A stretch of 64,000 nucleotides of DNA from NCBI GenBank assembly GCA_964106645.2, contig OZ067042.1; one strand, written 5' to 3'. The DNA comes from Podarcis pityusensis. Taxonomy: Eukaryota. The translations under genes and the position numbers were made by a program. Shown here piece after piece: positions 62,909 to 64,000 of the stretch (positions are counted from its first letter, which is position 1; the number at the start of each line of letters is the position of its first letter). The notes below the pieces were generated by a model. That model was not told the DNA's origin and did no database searches. It saw nothing but the letters and a program-made list of their open reading frames with translations.

Positions 62909-64000
62909 ACTTCCTGTTCAAGTCATTCTTCTTTATTTAATTTATTGAATGATGTTGGTTCTAGTGTATTGTTTAGCTCTTAGGCTGTGTGACATTTCCA
63001 TATAATTCATTCAAAGTTTTGAAATAAATTTAAAACTTTAAATTTATGCCAGTCAAAGAACAATAAATGCATATACAGACGTCAACCATTTTGCTTGGGG
63101 GTTCCGTTCCTGGCCCTTGTGTGTGTCTGTGGCGTGCATGTAAGTCTGCGCCACCTCATTATGCCCTATTATGCCACTGTTCCACCCCGCCCCACCCCGC
63201 CCCACCCCTGCCCTGCCCCCATTCTGCCCTCTTCCAAGTATCTGTCTTTATTGCCCTCTTTTTGGGCCCCACTGGCTGCAGAATCTCTATGCCTGGGTCC
63301 ACAATGAGTTTGCTATCAATAAACAGGTTGCACGTGAGTGTAAATAATAAATAATGTTTTTGTGTGCCAGCCCAAAACATTTTGCTGCCTGAGGCAAAGG
63401 GAAAAATATCTCCCTCTTCCACAGACTAGACTGGCAGGTGTATCCTACCTCAACAGTGACAATATGATAGTTTCCTCCATGGCACCTGAGCATACCTGGC
63501 TAGTTGGCATAACAGTTTACATAACAATCTTGTATATAATTTAGTTTGGGAATTATGGGGGTTGTTTGCCTCTTAGAGTCAACCTTGGCAGGCATATAAT
63601 AATCCTATCAGGAGGTGTTAGAAAATAATGGCAGAGTGTGAATTCCTAGTAGTCTGGTCTGTAAAACGCAAAAGCATACTTTTTGATATTGGTTGGTTTG
63701 TGGATTGGGTTATGGGGGGGCGGGGAGTATCTTGGGGGTATATGAGCTACTTGTGGAGATGAAGGATCTGAGGTTCTTGTAAGATCAATCTTGGTGCAGG
63801 AGGAAGGAGAGTGGCCTGACATAAGATCCTAAGAACTCTGACTGAAAGAATTTTGCTAAAAGGAATTTTAGCTAGTAGAAACTGTTGAGATATTAATAGC
63901 TGGCTGCATTTATCCTCATTTATTTTCAATATCTTTTTGTCCTCTTGGATTGTTTGTGTGCATGTAACTATTAATATATTGAAACCTTTTCAAGATTAAC

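Noticed and set aside
1-64000. Prokaryote-type systems (CRISPR arrays, operons, defence islands)
   Set aside because: The sequence is clearly a eukaryotic intron. No regularly spaced repeat-spacer array or dense gene cluster was seen.

Overview
Non-coding-rich vertebrate DNA, inferred to be squamate and probably a lacertid lizard from its Sauria-SINE-like repeats. It lies inside a large minus-strand gene. One 159-bp coding exon (15126-15284) matches the VPS10-domain receptor SORCS1, and the rest looks intronic. The introns hold an apparently intact 6.1-kb LINE-1 (5458-11580, minus strand) with two ORFs and an 11-bp target-site duplication (TSD). They also hold a 2.1-kb non-autonomous L1 derivative (27661-29793, 17-bp TSD). 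That element keeps the L1 5'UTR, one ORF1-like ORF, a small piece of the ORF2 C-terminus and a poly(A) tail, so it resembles a 'half-L1'. A Penelope-like insertion (62697-62908) forms a perfect 86-bp inverted repeat around a minimal hammerhead ribozyme core. Other repeats include several Sauria-type SINEs, Tc1/mariner and hAT MITEs, and CR1/L2/RTE fragments. Almost all short ORFs in the supplied track are spurious. Repeat family names come from motif recognition by eye, not from database searches.
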